This document shows positions 13,293-23,802 of a stretch of DNA of 64,000 nucleotides, piece after piece (position 1 is the first letter of the stretch; each line of letters begins with the position of its first letter). The DNA is from Tetramitus jugosus (taxonomy: Eukaryota > Protista > Heterolobosea). The stretch covers positions 310,001 through 374,000 of the forward strand of contig OW569385.1 in the NCBI GenBank assembly GCA_937625935.1. Reading direction: 5' to 3'. The notes under the pieces are model-generated. The model searched no databases. It saw only the letters and a program-made list of their open reading frames with translations, and was not told where the DNA came from. Made by a program: the position numbers and the translations under genes.

Positions 13293-14045
13293 ATGCAAGT
13301 AAGCAGAGGAACTCCACGTTATATTCTTGGTTTCATCGTCCGTGAAGTCGGTGAGAGTATCAGTAGTGTAGGCTGCTGGTTGCAAGGCAGTTTGGGATAC
13401 AAGGAACGATTGAACCGTTCACGCAGAGTCATGAACTTTATCACCCACAAACCAACCATACAATCCACTGCTGACACCTTTATCGCACCAAACGCCTCCA
13501 TCATTGGTCAAGTCTCACTTGGACAACAATCTTCCCTGTGGTATGGCAGTATCGTCAGAGGTGATGTCGGTACCATAAAGATTGGTAGTAGAACTGCTCT
13601 TTTGGACCGTGTTTGTGTTCATGTCAACTCCAACAGTCCTTCTGGCACCGTCATTGGTGACAATGTCGTTGTTGATTCTGGTAGTGTCATCCATGGTGTC
13701 AATATTGGAGATAATGTGTACATTGGTGCTCAATCTACTGTTTTGGATGGAGCTACTATTGGTTCTTTTTCCATTGTTGGTCCTGCATCCGTTGTTGCAC
13801 CAAACACTCAGATCCCAAGTGGTCAATTGTGGACTGGTACCCCTGCCAAGTATGTTCGTGATTTGACTGAACAAGAGAAGCAGAGCATGGTAAAGAATGC
13901 TTCTGATGTTCAAGAATTGGCTCTTGTTCACTTGGAAGAGTGCAATAAGGAGGCTGAGACTGTTGAGCGTGAGATTTTGAAGGTTGAATATAAGGAAGAT
14001 AAGCTCGCACAATACGTCTATGTTCCACCACGAAATGCAGAGTAA
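13293..14045 (+). CDS. Mitochondrial gamma carbonic anhydrase(-like) protein, complex I subunit
   Basis: Hexapeptide repeats FIAPNASIIGQV, WYGSIVRGDV and WTGTPAKYVRDLT, with a plant/protist CA-type N-terminal helix. Confidence 0.9.
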   Translation: MQVSRGTPRYILGFIVREVGESISSVGCWLQGSLGYKERLNRSRRVMNFITHKPTIQSTADTFIAPNASIIGQVSLGQQSSLWYGSIVRGDVGTIKIGSRTALLDRVCVHVNSNSPSGTVIGDNVVVDSGSVIHGVNIGDNVYIGAQSTVLDGATIGSFSIVGPASVVAPNTQIPSGQLWTGTPAKYVRDLTEQEKQSMVKNASDVQELALVHLEECNKEAETVEREILKVEYKEDKLAQYVYVPPRNAE

Positions 14046-14646
14046 AATCAACTGTGTGATATGCACATTTTTATGAATGATGAATGATGAACGATGATGA
14101 AACGATGTTGATGAAAATGAGTCATTTGATTATTGCTACTACTACTACCACTATTTAAATATGTGTGTCTGTGTGGGGGAAAATGAGGATGATTCATCAG
14201 TTTAGTTTTCAAAAAGCGCTCGCTACATTCACTTGTTGTTGTTGTTGTGGTAGTGGTGGTGGTGGGAGTAGTCACACGACCACTTAACCACAACAACAAC
14301 AATACTACCTACTACTATTATAAATAACGATCAAAAATTACGAATGAATTTCGAGAGAGAGGATACACATACAATATACACGTATATTTTTTTAATAATC
14401 TTGTTTATTTGAAGGTGAATGTTCTTTTTCTGTGGAAATCAGGGTGAACGAGAGAGAAGGGTGGGTGTCAGTATGGCTAAGTGCAAGAACGACGGGAATA
14501 AAGGCTGATCTTATTTTAATGATATGATTACAATTCCTTGAGAGTCTTGCCTACCATGATGAACATCTCCTGCTCTCTTTCCTCACCTGTATATTTCTTT
14601 CTTCGGAATTGATGAAAATCTTCATTGTTGTTCTGTACACTTTGTT

Positions 14647-17600
14647 CTAGCATGGTATCTTTACGGCTGATTTGGTGCTTCTTCCCAGATACACTCCAAT
14701 GAGCAGCGAACACAGTGATACTGCAAGAACGTTGCCATTGAACAAGGCTCTGAAGAAACCGATACGACTGATCACCACAAAGAAAATGCCTGTCGATACC
14801 ACTGAGATGACAAGTCCGGTTGCGAGCAGTGGTGCCAATGACACACCAGTCACGAGCTTGATTGCGAATCCAAAGAGTACAGTCGTGATGAAGCGACCGT
14901 TCTTTGTGTGCGCCCAGTTGATCAATATGGCCAAGAGCTCTTCTCTATTCGTAAGTGCCAAATGGATCATTCTGTTCAGATCTCTATGAATCTTGTGAGC
15001 ATCTCTGTTGAACATGATCAATAGGTGCACTGCTGGATAGCCAGTAATGGCTAACACACAAACTACGCCCAACAGCTTTGACAATCCATCACCCTCCCAG
15101 TGGTTGACCATGTAAACGGATCCGAACACTGAGAGAACCATTGAGAATATACCTGTAATGGCCAAAAGAACTGTTTCATGGTATCTTCTCTGATCAGCCA
15201 TGATGTTGTTCACGACACCAGATGAGGATTCATTGCCTGCGATTGCAGGTTGTGCAGGAGCTTCAGGAGTCTTGAGATTTCCGTCTCCACTGCTGGACAT
15301 ATTGTCACAGCCCATAGGCGAGTCTTGCTGTTGTTGTTGCTGCTGTTGTTTATCATTACTCCAGACATTGGTTGATAAGAGAATGTACATGGTCACAGAA
15401 CAAGCCTGTCCGACTTGAATCATGGCACCAAACTCATTGGCCGATGCATCAGGAACCAACCATCTAACAACCCAATCGGTTGCAAATCCGCTAAACACAG
15501 CACCTAACACCCAACGAGTCAACGATCGGAAGCTCATGGTTTTCTTCTTGTAGAGCGCAGATGAGTCAGTAATGTTGTCCACCGCAGAGTGAGTTGCAAT
15601 CTGAGTGAAAATGACAGCATTGTAAATCATCATGAGCATTGGATGAGATGGATCCATGGGCAACAGGGAGAAGCCCATAAAGATAAGATCAGCAAACAGA
15701 GCGAACGCAGTCAACCAATGCTTGAGGAAAATCATCTTGACCATGGTTGCCAACAGAGTAGCCTTTTCTGGTCCATCTACGAGCAACAAATCAACTAACG
15801 GAGCCCATTCCTTGTGCCAAACAGATGCTTGATCACACACATCCTTGGTCTCACCAGAGAAAATACCCATGGACGCGTCAGCAACTCTCATCATGTTGAT
15901 ATCATTGATACCGTCACCTACAGCGATCACATAATGTCTCTTCCAGAAGATGTTTTCCAAGAATGTGGTCGTATGTCTATGTTGCATGAGCTGAACAACC
16001 CATGGCTTCAAACCAGGAGTTGCTCGGCAGAAAACAGCACAGTGCAAGTATCTGTGCTTCTTCTTTTGATGTCTCGACTCTAGTAGGGACAACAAGAGCT
16101 CATAACACTCACCAGAGAAGCCTCCTTCTCTGTTCTCAATATCTTGTAATCGACACATGCAATCCGTGTCAAAGTACAATGTACAGGATTGCTCTGCACC
16201 AGTAACGACTGCTTGTTGCAGTGATTTGATCATTGCTTCCTCAGAACTTCCATCAATATGGAGATGGATACTTGGGAAGCCAAGTTGCTTAGCAATTGTG
16301 TATGCTGCGTTGTAGCTATCACCAGTACACATGATAATCTGTTTTCCTGCTTTCATGAGTCGGTTCAATCCCTTGATAACACCCTTTCTATATGTGTCAA
16401 CCATATGGGTTTTGCTGATCAATTGACATCCCATCATAGCGGATCCAACGAGTTGTTCTTGCTTTGCCAATCGAGTCAATTTGTCATCAATCTTAATTGA
16501 TTCTCTCCATTCGAAAATCAATCGAGTTGCCTCATCTGATGACAAGGGTTTCAATCCATGACTCCATATTCTTGGTGCACCTCTAAACTTTGGATAAGAA
16601 TGGGCGATTGTGGAGTATAGTTCAAGTTTGTTGATCGAGTCAGCAGTAAATGGTATCACGTCCTTCCAAAATTCATCTCCACCTGCTTGAACGCCCAAAT
16701 AATATTGACCAGAGTTCACATCTTCAAAAATGACCGACTTTGAAAGGAGTCCTCTTTGGAAACCAAATGAAGCATGAATAATCAATTCTCTAGTCTGTCC
16801 ATTTGAGGTTTGCTTAAATAAAATAGAGCCACTTGTGTTATCACCAGTGTCTGGTGGATCAAAGAACTCCAATTGAGCATATGATTCGATTCTACTTCGG
16901 ATCGCCACCTCTTCTGGCTCCATTCCGGTTGTTGCAAATACTGCCATCGCATGAGCATCCAATTGATCCGTATGCACATATTGTGGTGATTCATCCATAA
17001 TGAGAATATGTTGTTTTTCATGTTCGTTATTGCTAGTGGTACTTGGGAACACAACTGTAGCTTTTGCAACCATCTTGTTCTCGGTCAGTGTACCAGTCTT
17101 ATCAGTCACGATTCTAGTGGCATGTCCAAACACGTCAATACTCTTTGGCACGTTACAACTTACATTACTTGCTTCAAACTGTGTGCACAACATGGCTGAT
17201 GTAACCAATCTCAATTGTTCCATTGCCTGAGGCACAATCATATTCAAGTACATGATGTGATTGACCCAGACAACTCCAAAGGATACACTTGAGCTTTCTT
17301 CATTGTAGAAATAGGCAACAATTGCATTCAGAGTCGCAAGCAACAGCATTGCAATGACACTAATAGAGAATCCCTTCATCGTGTACTCATCAAACGGAGA
17401 TGGTTGCTTGAAAAATTTTCCTCCAGACGAAGAAGATGGATTGGATAGAGCTTTTGTTTCAGTCGACACCCAACAGACGATACCAGAGACGACGAGACCT
17501 GGAGTCTTTGAAACGAGTCTGCTACCAGCAAACGCAACATGAGCATCCACATCCAACAAGCAATGAGAATTGATGAGTGCCTTGTGAGATCTCACATTTT

Positions 17601-18930
17601 CAATCTCAATCGTCTTGATCACTTTTTCTCTATTGAAAACATACTTGCGCACAGGTTTGTTCTCTCCCGTGACTTGAACCTCGTTGGTATAGAAAATGAT
17701 TCGATTCTTGTTCACCAACTTTTTCTTGTTGTTGTTGTGGTTACTACTTGAAGAAGAAGTAGTAGATTCAACACTCTCTGCTCTCGCATCAATAATGAGC
17801 ATATCAGCCGGTATTTCCTCTCCGTCCTTGATACGAATAATATCTCCCGGTCTCAACGCTCCTCGATTCACATCAACGCTCTGTACAGTGTTCATTGTCG
17901 TTACGCTCGATTTGATCGTCTTCTTGACTCTTCTCGTATTCTTCTGATGATCCGCTCTCCACAGATTGTACTCTGACAATGCATTCATAAACGCAATAAA
18001 CAGAGTAAAAATCAATAGTGGCCAAAATGATTTTCCCGTATGGAACACCAACAATTGAATAAATGCAATCGCAAAGCACCACACTTGCATTCTCTGACTC
18101 AAGTACACTGCCGCACCATAAATGAATGACAAAATCAATAATTTGACTCTGGATGACGAGTCAAACACTGTCGAGGAAATGTAATTGGTTTGCTTGTCTG
18201 ATGTTTCATACTCTAATTGACTCAATTCGGCCAAACTAGTCTCATCATCACCACCACTATTCGTTTCTTGATATTTCACCAATTGGATCACTCGTTTGGA
18301 AGCACTTGCAAACGAGTCATCGAGAAACATGAATTGACGACTCCATTTACCCAGAATGAACCACAACACATGTCTCAACAAATATCTCAAAAACAACCAA
18401 CATGATAGGAAAATGATGAAAATGAGTGAAATGAGTCTAAAAAACGAAATTTTCTCGCTCAAGTAATGTGGATACATGATTGATTTGGATGATAATTTAG
18501 TTTTGACTGCATTTCTCGCTTGTTTCAATGCAGGACTCACTACTCTCACATGTCTCTTTGTTTCACTGAGTACATTTTTCGATGCAGCAATCAATAGTGT
18601 ATTATTATTGTTATTTTGTTGAAGAGAGGTAGTCATGGTAGTTGTTGTTTGTTCATAGCTTTCATGTTGTTCATTGATTGAAAAAGTAGAGTTATGATTA
18701 TTGATAAAATTGTTGTTGTTGTTGTTACTGCGGAAGAGTGAGAGTGCAGTGCTGAATGAAAAGCTCTCAGTCATCAAGAAATAAACAGTCAATAGAGCAA
18801 GGATCGTATAGAGAAAGAGGAACAAGTAGGTGGATGCCTCTAGTGATCGTTTTTCCTTTTTGCGAGCATGATGATTGTTGTTGTTGCTGTGATGATGATG
18901 ATTGGTAGTAGCAACAGTTGGATGAGTCAT
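14647..18930 (-). CDS. Divergent P4-like P-type ATPase (flippase-related)
   Basis: DKTGTLT phosphorylation site, CTGDS, VFCRATPGLK, GDGINDINMMRVADASMGI, IPADMLII and NYISST. First ATG at 18930; the open frame extends to 19032. Confidence 0.88.
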   Translation of the reverse strand: MTHPTVATTNHHHHSNNNNHHARKKEKRSLEASTYLFLFLYTILALLTVYFLMTESFSFSTALSLFRSNNNNNNFINNHNSTFSINEQHESYEQTTTTMTTSLQQNNNNNTLLIAASKNVLSETKRHVRVVSPALKQARNAVKTKLSSKSIMYPHYLSEKISFFRLISLIFIIFLSCWLFLRYLLRHVLWFILGKWSRQFMFLDDSFASASKRVIQLVKYQETNSGGDDETSLAELSQLEYETSDKQTNYISSTVFDSSSRVKLLILSFIYGAAVYLSQRMQVWCFAIAFIQLLVFHTGKSFWPLLIFTLFIAFMNALSEYNLWRADHQKNTRRVKKTIKSSVTTMNTVQSVDVNRGALRPGDIIRIKDGEEIPADMLIIDARAESVESTTSSSSSNHNNNKKKLVNKNRIIFYTNEVQVTGENKPVRKYVFNREKVIKTIEIENVRSHKALINSHCLLDVDAHVAFAGSRLVSKTPGLVVSGIVCWVSTETKALSNPSSSSGGKFFKQPSPFDEYTMKGFSISVIAMLLLATLNAIVAYFYNEESSSVSFGVVWVNHIMYLNMIVPQAMEQLRLVTSAMLCTQFEASNVSCNVPKSIDVFGHATRIVTDKTGTLTENKMVAKATVVFPSTTSNNEHEKQHILIMDESPQYVHTDQLDAHAMAVFATTGMEPEEVAIRSRIESYAQLEFFDPPDTGDNTSGSILFKQTSNGQTRELIIHASFGFQRGLLSKSVIFEDVNSGQYYLGVQAGGDEFWKDVIPFTADSINKLELYSTIAHSYPKFRGAPRIWSHGLKPLSSDEATRLIFEWRESIKIDDKLTRLAKQEQLVGSAMMGCQLISKTHMVDTYRKGVIKGLNRLMKAGKQIIMCTGDSYNAAYTIAKQLGFPSIHLHIDGSSEEAMIKSLQQAVVTGAEQSCTLYFDTDCMCRLQDIENREGGFSGECYELLLSLLESRHQKKKHRYLHCAVFCRATPGLKPWVVQLMQHRHTTTFLENIFWKRHYVIAVGDGINDINMMRVADASMGIFSGETKDVCDQASVWHKEWAPLVDLLLVDGPEKATLLATMVKMIFLKHWLTAFALFADLIFMGFSLLPMDPSHPMLMMIYNAVIFTQIATHSAVDNITDSSALYKKKTMSFRSLTRWVLGAVFSGFATDWVVRWLVPDASANEFGAMIQVGQACSVTMYILLSTNVWSNDKQQQQQQQQDSPMGCDNMSSSGDGNLKTPEAPAQPAIAGNESSSGVVNNIMADQRRYHETVLLAITGIFSMVLSVFGSVYMVNHWEGDGLSKLLGVVCVLAITGYPAVHLLIMFNRDAHKIHRDLNRMIHLALTNREELLAILINWAHTKNGRFITTVLFGFAIKLVTGVSLAPLLATGLVISVVSTGIFFVVISRIGFFRALFNGNVLAVSLCSLLIGVYLGRSTKSAVKIPC

Positions 18931-19351
18931 CTTTTTGATGATGTTGCTTTTGTGTTTGTTGGCTTGGCTTAGCTTAATTGGAATTTGTTGTTGTGCTGTC
19001 TTTTTGTTGTTCGCTTTTTTTGATTGTTGCACGTGTGGGTGTGTGTGGGAACAATGAGAGTGTGTTAGTTATTTGAATGCAGTGAAGCTGTTGTGATGAT
19101 GTGTCATTTCGGAACAGAAACGAATACACCGAACAGAATAAAACCTCAGATACCACTCGAAGAGGCATCTCTCGCGACAACAGAAATCTCCCACCGGTTG
19201 GCAGAAAAAAATTCTTGACCTCGTTTGGCCGTCAGTTTTTAGGATTTGATTCAACCAAGGCAGTATTTGCAAAAACTTACTGCCCCCAGTATTCAAACGG
19301 TTACAAGAACGTGGAAAATTTAATCTTGGAGAGAAATGATTATCGATTGGT

Positions 19352-20230
19352 TTAGTTCAGCCACTTATGCAGCAAGGCTTGAGTGACAACTGATGGGACA
19401 TCAGTGAGAAACAAGTTGTTCAAGTAGGTGTTCGACCTGACAACTCTGCTCTCTCCTCCATTGGCGTATCCCAAGTAGCAGAGAATAAAGTGATATGAAT
19501 CACAACTCACTCTAAATCTCAACCAAGGATACTTTTCGTCAAGAGTTTTCAGATCTGGTTGAACGACAAACTTATTAGAACCGACAGGTTTGATCTGACA
19601 GTCACACAGACGTTGCCATGAACGATTCTTCGCTTTGATCTCCAGAGTAATGGAACAACTCTTGAATAAACGTGGGTCAGTAAGAGAAATGTACAGGTAT
19701 GTAGGGTTTCTTTTGGATTTTCCCTGGGCAGGAGTGAGGAAGGGAAGGGCTGGACCGTTGACCTTTGGATCCATTTTCCCAATCTTGGACTCCTTGATAA
19801 TTCCATTGTTCTTGTCTACCACATCATATCTTGACATGAGAGAAGTCACATTGGTTGGTCTTCTAACAGGCTCTCTTACGGCAGTAAAGTGATTGTCAAG
19901 GTCATGATCTTCGAAAGGACTCACGTTATCCTTCTTGGAGAAGTCATCAGATAACAGATTCATGTCTTCCAACAGAAAATCTTCATTCAAATCTTCATTC
20001 AAATCACCATTCAAATCATTATTGTTCATCTGATTAAGCACTTGTGAGTCCACATGAACTTCTTGTGGTTGGATCACCACTTGCTGTATTTGGGCTGCAC
20101 CTGCAAAACCAGTCATGGTTCGATTGGGATCCCATGTATGGAAACATGGTGGAGCATACAGGAGAGCATTGGAGAAGAATGGAAGGATAGTATCTCCGAA
20201 AGTCAAAGTTGGTTGGTGATTATTGAACAT
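19352..20230 (-). CDS. Hypothetical protein (low-complexity N-terminus, beta-rich C-terminal domain)
   Basis: 292-aa ATG-initiated ORF with a CA-rich 5' leader like other genes here. No family recognised. Confidence 0.7.
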   Translation of the reverse strand: MFNNHQPTLTFGDTILPFFSNALLYAPPCFHTWDPNRTMTGFAGAAQIQQVVIQPQEVHVDSQVLNQMNNNDLNGDLNEDLNEDFLLEDMNLLSDDFSKKDNVSPFEDHDLDNHFTAVREPVRRPTNVTSLMSRYDVVDKNNGIIKESKIGKMDPKVNGPALPFLTPAQGKSKRNPTYLYISLTDPRLFKSCSITLEIKAKNRSWQRLCDCQIKPVGSNKFVVQPDLKTLDEKYPWLRFRVSCDSYHFILCYLGYANGGESRVVRSNTYLNNLFLTDVPSVVTQALLHKWLN

Positions 20231-20360
20231 TGTACAGATTGAATGGTTACAGCGGCAGCTAGAGAGTACTTGTTGTTATTGTTGATTGGTTGGTTGGTTT
20301 GTGTGTTTGTTTGTTGGTTGCGACATTCGACAGATGGCTGCTGATCTTTTAAACTTTATG

Positions 20361-20481
20361 TGGTACCGTACTTGGATCTTGTACCAGTACTACCAGCCAT
20401 ACTTGCTATTTGTGACGGTACTGTGGTTTTGAGGGGAATGGCATGGTACAAAATACCGTCGGGGTATCGCGTGATACCCCG
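20361..20481. promoter_or_regulatory. GTAC motif cluster plus 22-bp near-perfect palindrome
   Basis: GTAC at 20363, 20368, 20381, 20387, 20418 and 20446. CGGGGTATCGCGTGATACCCCG at 20460-20481. Confidence 0.5.
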
Positions 20482-20581
20482 GAGGGGCAGTCACATCTAC
20501 AACTTGTGTGAATGATGAAAGTTTGTAAATTTTGACAGTTGTACTTTACGAAATATTAGTGACCAACTCACTACGCTTTGT

Positions 20582-22048
20582 TCAACGCCATCTTCTTGTA
20601 GTTGGCTTTAGCTCTTCGGTTCCACCCTTTTGGCTTGTTCGAGTCGAGAGGTGTGGTGCTTGTGTTACTTCTTCTGTGGTCTGATTCTTAAATCTCCTTC
20701 GAGTTCGAGGAAGTTGGGGTTGATCAATAAAAGACCAGCGAGAGTTTTTCACTGGTTCTGAGCCTGAAGCTATTTGCGGTTGAGTTTTGGCAGTGACTTT
20801 TTCCTGTTGGAAAACCTTTGGCTGCACCGATACAAATTCTTTTGCTGGGGGCTTCTCTCCCACTAAGCCAAATAGTAAATCTTGATTTAAACGTAATTCA
20901 AATTTGAATACATCCTCTAGTAACTCACACACAACTTCATATGTCGGTGCTGCTAGTCCAGTCAAGATCGTGTACAAGTCACTTAGGTTATCCTTCTCTG
21001 CTGCTGTCAACCTGGATCCTCTATTATCATAATATTTTTTGAGTTCACTCAATTCCTCTAATGCTTGGCCAAAGTTATGGTAGAGAGCAGTAGTGATAAT
21101 TGAGTCTATGTAGTGTTGTCCTGTTCTGGTCTTGTCTGATTCGAGATACTTGCCCAATCTCTCTTTTGGAAGGTAATGATAGGTTGTAATGATTTGTGAA
21201 TATGAAGATGCTTTCGATGACTCTTGTCTGATGGATGGCCGGGAGATTACAATCAGCTTACCATTTGTACTTTTGGTGAGGCCGCTAGAGAGTACCTTCG
21301 TACCATACTTGAGGCATTTTTGGATCTCGTTCTCATCGATCCCTCGTTCTTTCATACGGGTTTTGGCGTGATCTGTCAGATCAAGATTGATCTTATCGGT
21401 GGAAACAGAACTGAAGGACATTGAGCTGCTCATCTCAGAATCCTTTTGAGGTGGCAACACAAAACTGGGTTTTTTGCACGCCTTTTGTTTTTTGTTGTAC
21501 AGTTCACAAAAACTCATGACAGAACGGGTCACCCCATTGGTCAATCCTTTTCTCTCCGCCTCACTGAATAATTGTAAAACTAATACGTCGTTACGTCCAC
21601 CTTCATTATCAATCAGATAACTAAAAATGAGACATGTATAATCTCTGTCTGTATGTGAATCGACCCTGTCAAAGTATTGCTGAGCTATTGATGCACATGG
21701 TGCATAACGAATCATAGCGTTCAATGCTCTTGCGATATTTTCTTTGGCATCCTTCATGCGATCTTCGTCCGAAGCTAATATCATCTTTTCGCTTTCAAAT
21801 TGTTCCAGCATTTCGTCCAATATAGCACCAGCGTTGACAAATGAGCCATACTTTGCTTCACTCCAGACAAAAAACTTGAAATCTTTGTAGGAGTGCTCTT
21901 TCATCAAATGAAAGGTTTTGCTTGAGCGATACTTGGGCTCTAGAAAAAAACTTTCAAGGGCTTCATCATCAAATTTGCTTAGTAAACCTCTCAATTTTTG
22001 TAAATTAGGAGAGTTGTCGTCCTTGGTTTCAAGAGAAGTGTTCTCCAT
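20582..22048 (-). CDS. PPR-like helical-repeat protein with embedded DUF4258-like domain
   Basis: LTDHAKTRMKERGIDENEIQKCLKYG...IITTY matches the DUF4258 pattern. Flanking YTCLIFSYL...LQLFSEAERKGL resembles the PPR consensus. Confidence 0.65.
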   Translation of the reverse strand: MENTSLETKDDNSPNLQKLRGLLSKFDDEALESFFLEPKYRSSKTFHLMKEHSYKDFKFFVWSEAKYGSFVNAGAILDEMLEQFESEKMILASDEDRMKDAKENIARALNAMIRYAPCASIAQQYFDRVDSHTDRDYTCLIFSYLIDNEGGRNDVLVLQLFSEAERKGLTNGVTRSVMSFCELYNKKQKACKKPSFVLPPQKDSEMSSSMSFSSVSTDKINLDLTDHAKTRMKERGIDENEIQKCLKYGTKVLSSGLTKSTNGKLIVISRPSIRQESSKASSYSQIITTYHYLPKERLGKYLESDKTRTGQHYIDSIITTALYHNFGQALEELSELKKYYDNRGSRLTAAEKDNLSDLYTILTGLAAPTYEVVCELLEDVFKFELRLNQDLLFGLVGEKPPAKEFVSVQPKVFQQEKVTAKTQPQIASGSEPVKNSRWSFIDQPQLPRTRRRFKNQTTEEVTQAPHLSTRTSQKGGTEELKPTTRRWR

Positions 22049-22416
22049 TTTTCTTTTTTTCTGCTCCTGTCAATCAACCAGCGAAATTTGCTGTTCTTTT
22101 CCGTCAAGGGGATTGTAAAAAAGTCGCAGAAATGACGAACTTGATGTTTCGTTTGTGGCTTCTTCAACGTCACCTGTCCAAGCCTAAGTCCTGCTTCCTC
22201 ATCAGAGTGGTCATCAGACAACAACAAATCCGTGCTTGAAGGATTCAGAAGTCAAAGTTGGCTGTTGTTCGTTGGACAGATTGAATGGCTGCGTTCATGC
22301 ATCCTTGGTCGGAGTTGAGCCGGAGAACTGGTGATGCTTCTACGGCTTTTGTTTCGCGGTTTGCGAAAAGAAAAGTTAAAGTAACGGACTGACAGACCAC
22401 CATTAGTAAGATAAAT

Positions 22417-23802
22417 ATGATGAGGCAGAATATAGTAGTGATTCCAAAGTCTGAATTGGACCGAATCAAGAAAAATGCAGACATATTAAATGACTCAGAG
22501 AAGCGGAAACAGGAAGAACGATTGAAATTGAGAGAACAATCTCAAGCGAGAGTTGCGAATTGGACAAATACGATTGATGGTCAGCGAACACTGAAGCAAA
22601 AGGAAAGAGAAGAAAGATTACAAAAAGAAGAAGAAGAGAGAAGAAGAATAGATGAAGAAGAAGCTGCTTTTCAAGCTGAAGAACGCAGAAAACAAATTGA
22701 AAGAGCAAACAAGTTATTGTTTCAGGAGAATGATCGAGTAAAGCGATTTAACAGTCAGGTACTAATGGCAGAGGTCCTTAGAGAGAGAAAACAACAGTTG
22801 GATGTCAGGGGAAAGAGAGAAGAGTATGAACGGATGCATGATCAGGAATGGATGAGTTATCAGGAGCAACAAGTAAGAAGACAACAAGAAGCACACGCAA
22901 TTGTAGTTGAAGAGAACAAGAAAAGAGCTCAAGAGATTCAAGACCATCAAAAGAAACAAATCTACGAACAATTGGGTGAACGACGGAAGATAGTGAGCCA
23001 ACAAGAGATGGAGAGGAAACAATTGTTAAAGAAAACCGAGGCCGAGATTCACAGGGAGAAAGAAAGGATGATAGAAAGAAGAAAAAAGGAAATTGAATAT
23101 TCAAAGGGGCACCTAGTTCATCAACAGCAAGTAAGAGAAAGGGAAGAGGAAGCTCGGATGAAGCAACACGAAGAAGAGAACAAGAATAGAGAATTCATAA
23201 ACCTCAAAGAGACTCTCAATGAAGAGCATTCAAGAAGAGAGAAACAGCGGTTCGAAGAGAAATTGAGAGTTAAGCAACGATTAATAGATCGGCAATCGAA
23301 AATGATCAAGGATAATAGACAAGAAGAGGAAGATCGGTTAAGAAAGCATCAAGAATTAATGGATCAGAAGGAAAGAGAAAGAGAAGAAAATGAAACTATT
23401 CAAAGAAAGAAAACAATAGAAGCCATCAAGAGCAGTCGAGCACGACAACTTCAACACAAGGACACATTGAAAGCACTGGAAGCTAGAGAAAAGGAGTTCT
23501 TTAATCACCAGTGGCGAGATCGAAATGAGATGTTAGCTCTTGAAGACGCCATTGAAAGACAGAATCAAGTCTTGAAGGCTGTTTCGATCCAAGACACACA
23601 GAAGCAACAAATGAAAGAGAAGAGAAAGATTGAAAAGGCCGAGAAGCGAAGAACAATGAGAGAGGGCAAGCTGATGCAAAAGGCAATGGCACAAGAGGAA
23701 CGACAATTTAAGAAGTATGTAGAGGACGTTGTGAAAGAATATGAAGATGTGCAAGAGCCAATAATATCTTTCCTCAAGAAGAACCAAAAAACACGGCTGT
23801 AA
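22417..23802 (+). CDS. CFAP210: Cilia- and flagella-associated protein 210 (CCDC173; trichoplein/TPH domain)
   Basis: VANWTNTIDGQR...IDEEEAAFQAEERRKQIERANKLLFQENDRVKRFNSQVLMAEVLRER followed by a long charged coiled coil. Confidence 0.8.
   Translation: MMRQNIVVIPKSELDRIKKNADILNDSEKRKQEERLKLREQSQARVANWTNTIDGQRTLKQKEREERLQKEEEERRRIDEEEAAFQAEERRKQIERANKLLFQENDRVKRFNSQVLMAEVLRERKQQLDVRGKREEYERMHDQEWMSYQEQQVRRQQEAHAIVVEENKKRAQEIQDHQKKQIYEQLGERRKIVSQQEMERKQLLKKTEAEIHREKERMIERRKKEIEYSKGHLVHQQQVREREEEARMKQHEEENKNREFINLKETLNEEHSRREKQRFEEKLRVKQRLIDRQSKMIKDNRQEEEDRLRKHQELMDQKEREREENETIQRKKTIEAIKSSRARQLQHKDTLKALEAREKEFFNHQWRDRNEMLALEDAIERQNQVLKAVSIQDTQKQQMKEKRKIEKAEKRRTMREGKLMQKAMAQEERQFKKYVEDVVKEYEDVQEPIISFLKKNQKTRL

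Noticed and set aside
14070-14320. GATGAAT, ACT and GTT short repeats as a structured RNA or element
   Set aside because: These are ordinary microsatellite-like 3'-UTR sequences, common throughout this genome.
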